64,000 bases of DNA, from assembly GCA_043813075.1 (NCBI GenBank), contig JBDRLL010000006.1:46533-110532 (forward strand), given 5' to 3'. The DNA comes from Candidatus Altiarchaeota archaeon. Its GTDB lineage: Archaea; Altiarchaeota; Altiarchaeia; IMC4; SCGC-AAA252-I15. The translations under genes were made by a program, and so were the position numbers. Positions 1-10,836 of this stretch are shown here, piece after piece. Positions within the stretch are counted from its first letter, which is position 1, and the number at the start of each line of letters is the position of its first letter. Under the pieces are notes generated by a model, which worked only from the letters and a program-made list of their open reading frames with translations, had not been told where the DNA came from and did no database searches.

Positions 1-2909
1 TCCATCTCATGCAGGTCATGCTCCTTCTCCTTCAGACGCTGCTCCCAGTCGAAGAGCTTATGCTCCCTGCCTGAAAGACCGCCCTTGAACTCTGAATCCG
101 TCCCATGATCGGATAACTCGGCCTCCCTCTTGTCCAGTTCGCTGGAACGCCTGTTCAACTCCTGCTCCCATTTTGAAAGCCTGCCCTCAAGTTCCGGGTC
201 ATGGGATGGGACAGAACCGGAAAACAACTCCTCCCGTTCGGAGATGGCTTTTTCACGTGCGTCAAGCTCGCTCGCACGCTTAGCTAATGCATCCTCCAGG
301 TCCGCGGACTCGCCGCCATCGGGAGCATGTTCATGTAGAGAACGCTCCTTCTCAGAGACTTCTTCCTCCCGCTTGATAACCGCTTCCAGACGCTCGTTAA
401 CCGTCTTTTCCTTTGAAGAAAGGGATTCTCGAACATCATTTAGCCTAGCAGACTCCTTCCCCAACTCAACCTCCCTTTCGGACAGCAGCCTCTCCCGCTC
501 ATCGATTTCCCCAATCCTCTCCTTAAGCACATCATCGGACTCCCCGGAGAAGTGCTTATCACCCAAGACCGCCTCCTTCTCCGCGATGGTCGCCTCCCTG
601 TGGACTATGTTAGACTCCCTCTTCTGCAACTCAGCCTCCATCTTCGACAGCTTAGCCTCCTTCTCATCTAGCTCCGGTAGCTTTAAAGTCACATCCTGCT
701 CGGAATCGTTGATCTTCCTCTCCCTAGCCTCAAGCTCGCCAGCCCTCTGGTTTAGATTGGTCTCCCTCTTATTCAACAACTTCTCGCGCTCAGCTAGGGT
801 GGCGTTAGACTCCTCTATCTTAGCCTCACGCTTCTCCAAGTTGGCTTCGCGTTCGCCGATAAGACGCTCCCTCTTTGTGAATGAATCAGCCTTCTTCTCT
901 ATATCAGCCGCATAGCCGCTGAAATCGCTCTCACGCTTGACCAAAACAGTCTCCCTATTCTTCATCTCCTGGAACTTCTGGTTCAACTCCCCGTCACGCG
1001 CTTCAGCCGCCTTCTCACGCTTCTCGACGAGTACCAGACGGGATTTTATCTCGCCCTCCACCTTACCGACATTGGATTCCCGCTCCTTCAGTATCTTTTC
1101 AGCCTCAGTCAACGCATTCTTTGTTGCGTTAACCTGCTGCTCACGAGCCTCAAGCCTTGACTGCGCTTCACCAAGCTTGTTTTCCCTGTCGTCAAGAGCC
1201 TTCCCGCGCTTATTCAACTCCGCATTCCTTGTGTTAAGCTCGGATTCCCTGGATTTTATCCCAGATTCCCTGTCCGTCAGCTCCTTCTCCTTGGGTTTGA
1301 TCGCAGCCTCCCTCTGATTCAGGTTCGACTCCTTTTCACCGAGCATGCGTTCCTTGTCTGACTGCCGCTCCTCCCTGGACTTGACTGCCTCCTCACGCTT
1401 TCCGAGTTCTGTCTCCCTGCCATTTAGCACAGACTCCCGATCCTTTAAGGCAGCCTCGTTTGAGTCCAGCTCAGACTGCCTGCGTGAAAGGCCCTCATCC
1501 CTCTGATTAAGCCCGTCTTCCCTCGACTTCGCGGTTTTCTCAGACTCTGAAAGAATCTTCTCCCTTGCCTTCAAGTCAGATTCCCGGGAGTTAAGAGAGT
1601 CCTCCCTGGTGTCAAGCTCCGAATCCTTCTTTATGAGCGCCCGTTCCCTCTCCTTAAGCGCCTTATCGTCCTCCGCGAGATTAGCCTCCCTTGCTGAGAG
1701 GGATGAATCCGTCCTAGCGAGATCCTCAGATTTGGCGAGAAGACTACTCTCCCGGGCATCCAGCTTAGACTCCCTCTCACTCAAAACCCTTTCACGCGCA
1801 TTCAAACCCTCTTCAATCACGTCGAGGGCTGACGCCCTATCATCTATGTTCTCCACTCTAGCGCTCAACTCACCCTCACGAGCGTTAACATCGCGCTCCC
1901 TGTCATTCAGCTTACTCTCACGGGATTTGACGGAAGACTCCCTGCCCTTGAGCTCTGACTCAAGGGAACGCAACTCCTTCTCAGCCACGTCAAGCCCATT
2001 AGACTTCTTGTTCAACTCGGATTCCTTCTTACCCAGCTCTAACTCCTTCCCACCCAATTTCTCTTCTTTACTATCGAGTTTCTCCTTCTGCTCATGCAAC
2101 TCCTTCCTCAGCTCCTCAACAGACTTCTTCTCTGACTTCAGCTTGCTCTCACGGTCCAGAATGCTCTTCTCCTTCCCGTCCAGCTCCGCCTTCTTTACCT
2201 TTATCAGCTCCTCCTGCGCGATTATCGCTTTTTCACGAGCCTCGAACTCGTGGACGTCCCGTATGAAGTCGTCCTGCATGGACGCTAGCCTATGCTCCCA
2301 TCCGGTGAAATGCTCCTCCTTAGCCTGAAGATAATCCCTGTCATGGCGTTCGACACGTGGACTTGGCGCAGGCCTCTGGACCACCGTCTCCCTCATGACT
2401 TCGGGAGGCTTCTTCCGCTTCTTAGCCTGCTCCTTGTGCTTTTCAATCTCCTCCTCAACCTTTTCTTTAACAGCGTCATCCTGGGGCAAGTCAACCTTGC
2501 GGTCTTCAGTGTCCGGTTGGCTGCCATCACCGGAGTCGGACGGGGGTATGGGCGAGGATATGGACTCTCCCTCGCCTTTTGTGGCGGCGATACGCCGTTC
2601 AAGAACTCGTTTATGCATCAGACCTATGATTTCATCGGCAGACTCGCTTGACTCAGCCTCCTCCTTATCCAAGCCCGTTATTTCCTCTTCATCAAGGTCT
2701 GCGTCGATACGAGAACCAGGCTTGAATACGGTTTCACCCACTATCGTGTAATGGATTTTTATGATCTCATGGTCTTTCAGTATCTTGGCGATGTTTATGA
2801 CCGTTTCCTCATCTTCGCCGAGACGTGAGACAGCATCCTCTAGCTTTATCTCCTTAGCCTCCTTAACCAGTTCTGTGAAACGCTGTAGAACACTCTTGTC
2901 TAAAGGCAT
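1..2909 (-). CDS. Giant coiled-coil protein (>969 aa, open at left edge) with an N-terminal wHTH-like domain
   Basis: Missing from the ORF track because it has no stop in the window. ATG at 2909 (MPLDKSVLQRFTELVKEAKEIKLEDAVSRLGEDEETV...), then long E/K/R heptads (xxRExxL). The Ser/Leu-rich + strand ORFs are its antisense shadow. Confidence 0.85.
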   Translation of the reverse strand, partial: MPLDKSVLQRFTELVKEAKEIKLEDAVSRLGEDEETVINIAKILKDHEIIKIHYTIVGETVFKPGSRIDADLDEEEITGLDKEEAESSESADEIIGLMHKRVLERRIAATKGEGESISSPIPPSDSGDGSQPDTEDRKVDLPQDDAVKEKVEEEIEKHKEQAKKRKKPPEVMRETVVQRPAPSPRVERHDRDYLQAKEEHFTGWEHRLASMQDDFIRDVHEFEAREKAIIAQEELIKVKKAELDGKEKSILDRESKLKSEKKSVEELRKELHEQKEKLDSKEEKLGGKELELGKKESELNKKSNGLDVAEKELRSLESELKGRESSVKSRESKLNDRERDVNAREGELSARVENIDDRASALDVIEEGLNARERVLSERESKLDARESSLLAKSEDLARTDSSLSAREANLAEDDKALKERERALIKKDSELDTREDSLNSRESDLKAREKILSESEKTAKSREDGLNQRDEGLSRRQSELDSNEAALKDRESVLNGRETELGKREEAVKSREERQSDKERMLGEKESNLNQREAAIKPKEKELTDRESGIKSRESELNTRNAELNKRGKALDDRENKLGEAQSRLEAREQQVNATKNALTEAEKILKERESNVGKVEGEIKSRLVLVEKREKAAEARDGELNQKFQEMKNRETVLVKRESDFSGYAADIEKKADSFTKRERLIGEREANLEKREAKIEESNATLAEREKLLNKRETNLNQRAGELEARERKINDSEQDVTLKLPELDEKEAKLSKMEAELQKRESNIVHREATIAEKEAVLGDKHFSGESDDVLKERIGEIDERERLLSEREVELGKESARLNDVRESLSSKEKTVNERLEAVIKREEEVSEKERSLHEHAPDGGESADLEDALAKRASELDAREKAISEREELFSGSVPSHDPELEGRLSKWEQELNRRSSELDKREAELSDHGTDSEFKGGLSGREHKLFDWEQRLKEKEHDLHEM

Positions 2910-2951
2910 CTTAGCGGTTAATGATATGTTTAAACCGTAAAAAAACGATTG

Positions 2952-3155
2952 CTACTCCGTTACAATGATCTTGATGCAGGCGACCGGGCAGTTCTCCTCC
3001 GCGTCACGGTTACGCCCCAACTCATCAAGCTCGGTCTTAACGGGCTTCGCCTTACCATCCTCCATCATCTTCCAGTTTTCAGGGCATACAGCCTCGCAGG
3101 CACCGCAGCCGATGCACGCGTCCCTCGTCTGTTTTATGATGTATTTTTTCGCCAT
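2952..3155 (-). CDS. Small monocluster ferredoxin (67 aa)
   Basis: MAKKYII...CIGCGACEAVCP...CPVACI. The true start is ATG 3155, inside the 244-aa track ORF. Confidence 0.9.
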   Translation of the reverse strand: MAKKYIIKQTRDACIGCGACEAVCPENWKMMEDGKAKPVKTELDELGRNRDAEENCPVACIKIIVTE

Positions 3156-3255
3156 AGAAGAAACACTCCAACAATAGTATGAATACGCAGGCTCGCTTAT
3201 AAACCAATAAAACACAGGAATTAAAGGCTTACGCGAAAGTATTAAACGGTTTAAG

Positions 3256-3798
3256 ATGGGTTTTCTGGATCTGGCAAAATCGAGGAGGTCTGTAAGGCGC
3301 TTCACAGGAAGGGAAGTGCCTGTAAAGGATGTGGAACACATTCTTGAGGCAGGCAGATGGGCTCCGTCAGCGTTAAACAAGCAGCCATGGAGGTTCATAG
3401 TCATAACAGACGGTGAGATAAAGTCATGGATAAGGAGGGTATATGACAGAGTCAGGGATGAGCTTGGCCTGTACAAGCAGGATGCCTCTTTCCTGGAGAA
3501 GTCGACTTTGATAGTAGTGCTGTCAGACACTGGGATGCCAGGAAACGAAGTGTCCACCGCATTATCCGCCGGGAACATTCTGCTGGCGGCTGAAGACATG
3601 GGGTATGGAAGCCTTATTATGAGCTCCCCATTTATGGGTGATGAGGGGGTGAGAGACTTCAAGGATATTCTAGGGATACCAGACAACTACAAGCCAATGT
3701 TCGTGATTGCCGTAGGCTGCAAAGACGGTGAGACCCCTGTGAAGGACAGGATTCCATTGGAGGATCTAGTCTCATACAACAAGTATGGTGTAGGATGA
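3256..3798 (+). CDS. Nitroreductase family protein
   Basis: RRSVRRF and APSALNKQPWRF motifs. Confidence 0.92.
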   Translation: MGFLDLAKSRRSVRRFTGREVPVKDVEHILEAGRWAPSALNKQPWRFIVITDGEIKSWIRRVYDRVRDELGLYKQDASFLEKSTLIVVLSDTGMPGNEVSTALSAGNILLAAEDMGYGSLIMSSPFMGDEGVRDFKDILGIPDNYKPMFVIAVGCKDGETPVKDRIPLEDLVSYNKYGVG

Positions 3799-4685
3799 GT
3801 CTGCTGGATAGGTTGAGGGAGGCTGTCAAGAGAGTAGAGGATTCCAGGGAGATATGGTCCATAGCATACCTTGCAGTCCTCATATACGCGTTCAGCGTCA
3901 TAGTAATCACTGGTGTATTCTTCTCAGCACCATACTTGGTCACGTCTGAGAACAGCCTGCTCTTCGGCCTCGGGATGCTGTCATACAACCACGGGTATCT
4001 GCTGAACAACTGCCATCAGCTGCCGCAGAGAAGCCTGTCCCTCAACAACATACAGTTGCCAGTCTGCTCCAGGGACATGGGTATATACGTGGGATGCCTG
4101 ATAGGAGTCCTATCAGCATTCAAGTTCAGGGCCAAGAGCAAGCTATTGAACTCGATATGGTTTGCGGGAGCCCTTATGACGCCGCTAATGGTGGACGGAG
4201 TCAGCCAGACGCTGCTGACAATGAGGGAGTCCACCAACACCATACGCTTCGCAACGGGAATCCTGTTCGGCCTCGGCATGATGTATTACGTGACCGTGAA
4301 GACAATCCACTACGCGAAGAGGAGTGAGATAGACTACATGAGGGTGAGGGGGACGTCAAAGATGGTGTTCATAGTATTCACTGCAGTGATAGTACTGCTT
4401 TCAATCACCTCATCATCATGGTACTTGACGAGGGAGGAGGCGTATCAAATGGTTTTGAAATCATATCCTGGAGAGAAATTAGAGCCACACACTTACATCC
4501 CGCCCAACGCGCTGAATACCGTGTCAAGAGACCCTTACTTGGACTCACATAGGACAGACATTCTAGACGACCTGACGCACATAAAGGCGGTGACTGAAGG
4601 CGGCCAATGGGCGTTCACAGGGGTATACGGGAGGTACTACGTTAGCGTTAATGACGGTAAAGTCACTGTCATGACAGGCTACTGA
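3795..4685 (+). CDS. DUF2085-type membrane protein with C-terminal extension
   Basis: CHQLPQRS...VCSRDMGIY, DG..Q...ESTN..RF.TG; several TM segments. Confidence 0.8.
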   Translation: MSLLDRLREAVKRVEDSREIWSIAYLAVLIYAFSVIVITGVFFSAPYLVTSENSLLFGLGMLSYNHGYLLNNCHQLPQRSLSLNNIQLPVCSRDMGIYVGCLIGVLSAFKFRAKSKLLNSIWFAGALMTPLMVDGVSQTLLTMRESTNTIRFATGILFGLGMMYYVTVKTIHYAKRSEIDYMRVRGTSKMVFIVFTAVIVLLSITSSSWYLTREEAYQMVLKSYPGEKLEPHTYIPPNALNTVSRDPYLDSHRTDILDDLTHIKAVTEGGQWAFTGVYGRYYVSVNDGKVTVMTGY

Positions 4686-5311
4686 TACCTGTAGGTGACG
4701 CCATAAACGTATTGGGTCTGGGAATTCTTCTTCTTGTAGTAGTATCCGTAGGCCAGGCCGAAAAGTAGGCCGCCGAGGTGGGCGTTATGCGCTATGGAAC
4801 CCATTGTGCCCATCATCTCGAAGAGGGAGTAGAACACGTAGAAGGAAGCCCATATGTAGAGTGGCATGGGGAATATCAGGTTGAAGTATATGATCTGATG
4901 CGGGCGGAGCACAACCAGCATGCCCATGACCGCGAATATGGCTCCTGAAGCGCCGACGGCAGGTATGTTTGGGGGAGGTATGTTGAACACGAGTGAAGTG
5001 AATAGGTAGGATAGACTCGCGAAGACTCCGCCTATGAAATAGACTTTCCTGAACTCCTTAACGCCGACTATGGACTCTAGGAACGAGCCGAACATGATTA
5101 TCCCAAAAAACACGTTGAAGAAGATGTGCCAGATGTCGCTGTGCATGAACATGCTCGTGACTATGGTCCACGGGGTTTGGAGTATGCGGTCTGGTATCAA
5201 CGCAAGATAGTAGAACGATAGGACTGGGAACGCTAGGGAGACGAAGAACATGAATGCGTTAGCTGCGACCAGCAATCTCACAAAATTACTCATCCTCATA
5301 CCGAAAAACAT
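4679..5311 (-). CDS. Rhomboid intramembrane serine protease
   Basis: TSMFMH..WHIFFN, GASGA, AHLGG. Confidence 0.93.
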   Translation of the reverse strand: MFFGMRMSNFVRLLVAANAFMFFVSLAFPVLSFYYLALIPDRILQTPWTIVTSMFMHSDIWHIFFNVFFGIIMFGSFLESIVGVKEFRKVYFIGGVFASLSYLFTSLVFNIPPPNIPAVGASGAIFAVMGMLVVLRPHQIIYFNLIFPMPLYIWASFYVFYSLFEMMGTMGSIAHNAHLGGLLFGLAYGYYYKKKNSQTQYVYGVTYRYQ

Positions 5312-5321
5312 AATACACCAC

Positions 5322-6476
5322 CTAATTGTATCCAGCGTTAATCATCACGTACTCGGGAGTCATATCACACCCCCAGGAAGTCGCAGAATAACGCCCTTTG
5401 CTAAGGTTAACAGTAACTGTTATCTCACTTGACTTTAGGATCTTCCTAGCCTGCTTCAAATCACCCATAACACCATTCTTCAGTAGGACGGCAGCACCCT
5501 TATCAGACTCGAATACTATGCTAACCTTACGATAGTCGATGCTGACGACACTGCCGATTGACGCCAGTATCCTGCCCCAATTAGGGTTCTCGCCGTAAAA
5601 CGCAGTCTTCACTAGGGGGGACGAGGCGACAGCCTTCGCCGCCTTCCTGGCTTCGACGACACTCCCACCGCCATTCACGTTGAATTCAATGAACTTTGAC
5701 GCCCCCTCACCGTCAACAGCCATCTGCCTGCACAATCCGACACATACGTTGGATAGCATGGACTTGAATAATCCCGGACTGCACTTCCTCCTCCTGTTGG
5801 ACAACAACAGCACAACATCATTCGTACTCATGTCCCCGTCCACAACAGTCATGTTGAAGGAGCCGCCGACCGCGTCAGACAGAGACTTCTGCATAACACC
5901 CCTCGAGACGTCGGCATTGGTGGTTATGAAACATAGCATGGTCGCCATATCCGGCGCAATCATCCCAGCACCCTTGAGGATGCCGCCAACCTGAATCCCC
6001 TCATGCTCTATGGAATACTGCTTGGGGAACGTGTCGGTAGTCATGATTGCCTTCGCAGCCTCGATGCTCGCCTTGCCGGAACATGACAACCTGGCGGAAG
6101 AGAACTTCATGAGGCCGACAACCTTGTTGACATCCATTGGGCGGCCGATTATACCAGTAGATGCGACTGCTATGTTTCGGGTGTGGACGCCCATCTCGAG
6201 TGAAGCAGCTTTCATAACATCCATTGCATCTTCCATCCCATGTGAGACGCACGCGTTGGCGTTCCCGGAGTTGGCGACGACAGCCTGAAGCCCGTTCTTG
6301 ACCGCCCTCTTGGAGAGTGTTACCGGCGCTGCCTTAACGCTGTTCCTCGTGAAAACCCCGACACTATCACACACCTGATCTGCTTTCACAACAGCAACAC
6401 CATATTTCCCGTCCCTGACGCCGTAGGCCTTGAATCCTTCAGTGCATACGCCGCGCTTTGTTGGTTTATAATCCAC
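5322..6476 (-). CDS. argJ: Ornithine acetyltransferase ArgJ
   Basis: NSGNANA, STGIIG, IMTTDT, KGAGMIAPDMATML, DGDMSTND, DGEGA. Confidence 0.96.
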   Translation of the reverse strand: MDYKPTKRGVCTEGFKAYGVRDGKYGVAVVKADQVCDSVGVFTRNSVKAAPVTLSKRAVKNGLQAVVANSGNANACVSHGMEDAMDVMKAASLEMGVHTRNIAVASTGIIGRPMDVNKVVGLMKFSSARLSCSGKASIEAAKAIMTTDTFPKQYSIEHEGIQVGGILKGAGMIAPDMATMLCFITTNADVSRGVMQKSLSDAVGGSFNMTVVDGDMSTNDVVLLLSNRRRKCSPGLFKSMLSNVCVGLCRQMAVDGEGASKFIEFNVNGGGSVVEARKAAKAVASSPLVKTAFYGENPNWGRILASIGSVVSIDYRKVSIVFESDKGAAVLLKNGVMGDLKQARKILKSSEITVTVNLSKGRYSATSWGCDMTPEYVMINAGYN

Positions 6477-6523
6477 TGTCTATAATTATTAAGCCTATAC
6501 TTGAAAAATATAAGTTCTTGAAG

Positions 6524-7882
6524 ATGCGCGAGAAATGTGCTGTAATCGGGGTCAAAGGCAGGTCAGACGTCTTTGAAACGCTGTATAGGGGTCTTTTCGC
6601 CATGCAGCACCGTGGGCAGGAGTCCGCAGGCATTGCAGTACAGAACGACAGGATACGCGTGCACAAGGATATGGGACTCATCTCTGAAGTCTTCAGGAAC
6701 GCATACCTGTCCGGCAACATTGGCATAGGGCACGTCAGATATTCCACCACAGGCGAGTCAAAGTCGGAGAACGCCCAGCCACTGCTGATAAACTATTCCA
6801 AAGGCAGTTTCGCCATCGCCCACAACGGCAACATAGTGAACCAGGGCGAGCTGAAGCAGGAGCTCGAGTCTAAGGGCAGCATATTCATGACCACCACCGA
6901 CACCGAGCTCATAGCACAACTCATAGCCCAGGAACACGTCAGCAGGGAGAGTTTCATCGAGTCCATACAGGCGGTCATGAAGAGACTTGTCGGATCATAC
7001 TCGCTGACGATACTCCACGAGGGGAGGGTGATAGCGGTCAGAGACCCTTCGGGAGTAAGGCCACTGTGCTTCGGTCAGTCGGACGATTATTTCGTGGTAG
7101 CGTCTGAAAGCTGTGCGCTGGACACGCTAAACGTGAAGCTGGTGAGGGACATAAAGCCTTCTGAGATACTCGTCATAGGCGACACCATCGAATCGTACAG
7201 CGGGGTTAAGGACAGGATATGCCACTGCATGTTCGAATACGTGTACTTTGCGAGGGCAGACTCTGTGATAGACGGGATACCAGTCTACGAGGCCAGGACA
7301 AACCTCGGGAAGATTCTCGCGGAAGAGTCTGGCGTCAAAGCAGACCTGGTTTGCGCGGTCCCAGACTCCGGGATAACACATGCGATAGGATACGCGAGGG
7401 GCTCTAAGATACCCTACGGCGAATGCCTAATGAAGAACCGTTACGTTGGCAGGACTTTCATACTTCCAGAGCAGTCCCAGAGGGACGTGAGCACCAAGAT
7501 GAAGCTGAATCCCATAAGAAGCCAGGTTGATGGCAAGAGGATAATACTCATAGACGACTCCATAGTAAGGGGCACGACAACGAGGAGGATAGTCAAGATG
7601 CTTAAGGAGGCTGGAGCCAAGGAAGTGCACGTGAGGGTGGCTTCACCCCCATTAAAACACCCCTGCAGATATGGCATAGACATGCAGGTGAGCGAGGAGT
7701 TCATTGCGGCAGAAAAGACGGTGGACGAGATACGGGACGTGATAGGCGCGAAAAGCCTGGCGTACATAAGCATAGAGGGGCTTGTGAAGGCCATATGCAT
7801 CAGTAAGGATGAGCTGTGCCTCGCCTGCCTGAACGGGGATTATCCGCTGCGGGAAAAGCAGACTAAACTTACTGATGAATAA
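6524..7882 (+). CDS. purF: Amidophosphoribosyltransferase
   Basis: MREKC (N-terminal nucleophile Cys after a short propeptide), QHRGQESAG, GHVRYST, IDDSIVRGTT; ATG 6524 chosen as start. Confidence 0.96.
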   Translation: MREKCAVIGVKGRSDVFETLYRGLFAMQHRGQESAGIAVQNDRIRVHKDMGLISEVFRNAYLSGNIGIGHVRYSTTGESKSENAQPLLINYSKGSFAIAHNGNIVNQGELKQELESKGSIFMTTTDTELIAQLIAQEHVSRESFIESIQAVMKRLVGSYSLTILHEGRVIAVRDPSGVRPLCFGQSDDYFVVASESCALDTLNVKLVRDIKPSEILVIGDTIESYSGVKDRICHCMFEYVYFARADSVIDGIPVYEARTNLGKILAEESGVKADLVCAVPDSGITHAIGYARGSKIPYGECLMKNRYVGRTFILPEQSQRDVSTKMKLNPIRSQVDGKRIILIDDSIVRGTTTRRIVKMLKEAGAKEVHVRVASPPLKHPCRYGIDMQVSEEFIAAEKTVDEIRDVIGAKSLAYISIEGLVKAICISKDELCLACLNGDYPLREKQTKLTDE

Positions 7883-8927
7883 GTACCTTATAGTGGGGGT
7901 AGACCCTGGGACGACGACTGGAGTTGCGCTCATCGACTTGAAGGGGAATCTGGTTTCTGTAACAAGCTCCAGGGACATGGGACTGTCAGGAGTCATAGAA
8001 CACATAGTGTCTCATGGAGTGCCTTCCATGATGGCTTGTGACGTCAACCCCGCCCCAGGGATGGTGTCGAAACTGGCTTCAAGCATGGGCGTCGCCACAT
8101 ACGTCCCTGATAAACCTCTTTCAGTGAGCGAGAAGATAGGGTTAACGCGGGGGTTAGACACTAGCGACGCCCACCAGAGAGACTCGCTGGCTGCGGCACT
8201 CAACGCCTTCATAAAGAATAAGAACCTTTTCAAGAAGATAGAGTCTAAGGGCCTGGGTGACGATGTAAAACACATAGTGCTCCAAGGCTATTCGATAGAG
8301 TATGCCGCGCGGATATTATCCGAGCCGGAACCTGCCGTTGATGAGGGGGAAGACAGGAAGAAGTCTGTGAGGGAGCTAAGTCCCGGTGAAAAGAGGATAA
8401 GGTCCCTTGAAAAGAGAGTGAGGAACCTTTCCATAGAATTGGGTGTGAAAGACGCTGACATAGTCAGGCTCCATGAGGAGATAGCAGGATTAAAGGCTAG
8501 GAACCACGTTAAACAGGGCTTAAGAGACACGTCATCAGAGAACACCATAAGAAACCTTGAGATAAGGGTTGGCAGCCTGAAAAACCAGATAAGGCTTGAG
8601 AAATCAGTCAGAAGGATGCTGTTAGATGCTGTGAAGGGCGGTAAACAACTTGTGGGAGTATATCCTGAAGTGATAGGCGGTTACACCATCATAAGGAAAA
8701 AAATAAGGGCAAGTGACATAGAACAGGATAAAGTGAGGAGGGTATTCACTGACGTCAATGCAAACCATGAGACGCTAAGGGAAAGAGGAATACCAGTGCA
8801 TGGCACAGACAAGCTAAAGCAGGTTGACGGGATATGGTTCATGGATAAGACGAGTCTGGATGAGATGAGGAATGAAATTTCAGTCGAAGGATTGATACAC
8901 GAATACAGGAACAGGAAAAAACGCTAG
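7875..8927 (+). CDS. DUF460 family protein (RNase H-like N-terminus plus coiled coil)
   Basis: IVGVDPGTTTG, DVNPAP, HQRDSLAAA. Confidence 0.85.
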   Translation: MNKYLIVGVDPGTTTGVALIDLKGNLVSVTSSRDMGLSGVIEHIVSHGVPSMMACDVNPAPGMVSKLASSMGVATYVPDKPLSVSEKIGLTRGLDTSDAHQRDSLAAALNAFIKNKNLFKKIESKGLGDDVKHIVLQGYSIEYAARILSEPEPAVDEGEDRKKSVRELSPGEKRIRSLEKRVRNLSIELGVKDADIVRLHEEIAGLKARNHVKQGLRDTSSENTIRNLEIRVGSLKNQIRLEKSVRRMLLDAVKGGKQLVGVYPEVIGGYTIIRKKIRASDIEQDKVRRVFTDVNANHETLRERGIPVHGTDKLKQVDGIWFMDKTSLDEMRNEISVEGLIHEYRNRKKR

Positions 8928-8945
8928 GAGGGTGCGTGAACACCC

Positions 8946-9641
8946 TCATATTATCCCAGCAGCAAGAGCCATCAAAGCCTTCCTAGGGTCCGCGGCCTTC
9001 GTCACGCCGGAAGCTAGCAGCACGCCTATTGTGCCAAGCTTCAGCGCATCCCTCACGTCGTCGCCGGTCTTCACTCCAGCACCAGTGAGAACGCCAACAC
9101 CAGGATCAATCCCGTTGACTGCATCAACAACGCCGGTGACAAGCTCGGGCCTCGTTGTGACAGACACGTCACCCCCGATAAGGTCCGGGGGCTCGGCTGC
9201 CACGAAATCAGGCTTCAATGCGGCGATAGCCTTCGTCTCCTCAATCGTCTCGTCATTAGTCTTCTTGCCGGAGCAGACTATGCTGGTCAGACCCGCCTCA
9301 CGGGCGGCCTCGACCCGTGCCCTGATGCCGTCCAAGTCGAGCTTGCGTTCTGAATGGCTTATCAGCGTGCCGACAGCGCCCGCCTGCTTGACTGCCTCAG
9401 GCATTATCCAGCCAGTACTGCTCCCATACTTGACAGGGTCTATGTGCTGGGCGAATACGGGTATGCTCACCGCGTCTGCGATGGTCTTTATGTCCGTCGG
9501 CTGGACCGCCACTATGATGTTTGCGCCGGTCTCTGCCGCGACTTCGTCGCATATCTTAGCCAGGGCTAGGGCTTTACCGCCTGTCGCCTCAGCGTACGTC
9601 TTGAAGTTAACCACAATGCTCTTGCTCAAGTCAACTGCCAT
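8946..9641 (-). CDS. tpiA: Triosephosphate isomerase, archaeal type
   Basis: VNFKTY, AQHID, HSE, AEPPDLIG, GVLLASG. Confidence 0.96.
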   Translation of the reverse strand: MAVDLSKSIVVNFKTYAEATGGKALALAKICDEVAAETGANIIVAVQPTDIKTIADAVSIPVFAQHIDPVKYGSSTGWIMPEAVKQAGAVGTLISHSERKLDLDGIRARVEAAREAGLTSIVCSGKKTNDETIEETKAIAALKPDFVAAEPPDLIGGDVSVTTRPELVTGVVDAVNGIDPGVGVLTGAGVKTGDDVRDALKLGTIGVLLASGVTKAADPRKALMALAAGII

Positions 9642-9672
9642 TTTATCACCTTCAATAGATTAGATTAACAAG

Positions 9673-10830
9673 TTAAATCTTATCTGAAGCAAGCTTCTTA
9701 TAGACTTCAAGCGTCCTGCCCGCGATAGCATCCCAGTTGAATTCACTCCTCGCCCTGCTGACGTAGGAGGGAAGCCTTTCACTGGCAATGCCGCCTTCAA
9801 CGATACCCCTCACTCCAGCGAGTATGGAGTCCATGCTGGTGTCTGGAAGCTCCTCCACCACCCCGCACTTGTCGAGTATGTCCCGCATGCCACTCTTTCT
9901 CTGCGCTAGGACAGGAATCCCTGATGACAACGCCTCCACCAGGCTAAGACAGAAACCCTCCACCTCGGCGGTGTGCACCAGAAGGTCTGCCGCATTATAA
10001 TAGTAGGGTAGCATGTCCTCGGACACGAAGCCTTTGAAGAAAACGTTCTTAACGCCCATCCTACCGGCAAGTGACTTCATGCTATTCTCGAGAGGCCCTC
10101 CGCCACATATCAAGAGCTTATAGCCGCCCAATAACGCCATTGATTTTATCAGCGCAGCCAGGTTCTTACGCTCCTCAAGCCTGCCGACAAAGAGGAGTAT
10201 CTTGTCGTCGTGTGAGAGTCCCAGCCGGTCGCGTGAGTCGTGCCTGTCTCGCGGCTTGAACCGCTCTGTATCAACGCCGCTGTTGGTGACCGTTATGCTG
10301 GATTCTGCAATGCCATAGTCTTCAACAAGGCTTCTGCGAGTGTATTCGCTCATGGCTATGAAGTGCCGGGATGACTTGAAGCTCATCCTCTCAAGGCGGT
10401 CCCTGAGTTTATAGTAGAATAGATTGTTCATCATCCCGGTCGAGGAGTTGCCCCCGTTGAGTGAGACGAAATCCATTTCCGCCTTCATCGTATGGTGCAC
10501 TGTCTCCAGCTTCCGTCCTGAAAGCATGAATCCCATACCAGAGCTGCTGTGTACAATATCGTATTCATCAGCCAGCTTACCGTACTTACGGTAGATGCTG
10601 TATCCTGACGACGGGAAACGGAGTCCAGGCAGGTCTATGAAGCCGACCCTATCAACGCTGACGCGCTCGTCGATCGGAACTTCAGAACGGATGTGCTCCT
10701 TCTTCTTGTCAGGAACGACAACATCATACTCGACCTTGCCACAGAGCCTGGAGGTTATGTTGTATGCGTAAACGCCAGCCCCACCCCGTATGAACGGCGG
10801 GTACTCGTCTGTAGCGAAAAGAACGCGCAT
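9673..10830 (-). CDS. GT4 glycosyltransferase
   Basis: EYPP...GG, FVGRLEERKN, EGFCLSLVEA. Confidence 0.9.
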   Translation of the reverse strand: MRVLFATDEYPPFIRGGAGVYAYNITSRLCGKVEYDVVVPDKKKEHIRSEVPIDERVSVDRVGFIDLPGLRFPSSGYSIYRKYGKLADEYDIVHSSSGMGFMLSGRKLETVHHTMKAEMDFVSLNGGNSSTGMMNNLFYYKLRDRLERMSFKSSRHFIAMSEYTRRSLVEDYGIAESSITVTNSGVDTERFKPRDRHDSRDRLGLSHDDKILLFVGRLEERKNLAALIKSMALLGGYKLLICGGGPLENSMKSLAGRMGVKNVFFKGFVSEDMLPYYYNAADLLVHTAEVEGFCLSLVEALSSGIPVLAQRKSGMRDILDKCGVVEELPDTSMDSILAGVRGIVEGGIASERLPSYVSRARSEFNWDAIAGRTLEVYKKLASDKI

Positions 10831-10836
10831 GGTAGA

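Noticed and set aside
130-2751. Ser/Leu/Phe-rich + strand ORFs
   Set aside because: Antisense shadows of the minus-strand coiled-coil gene.
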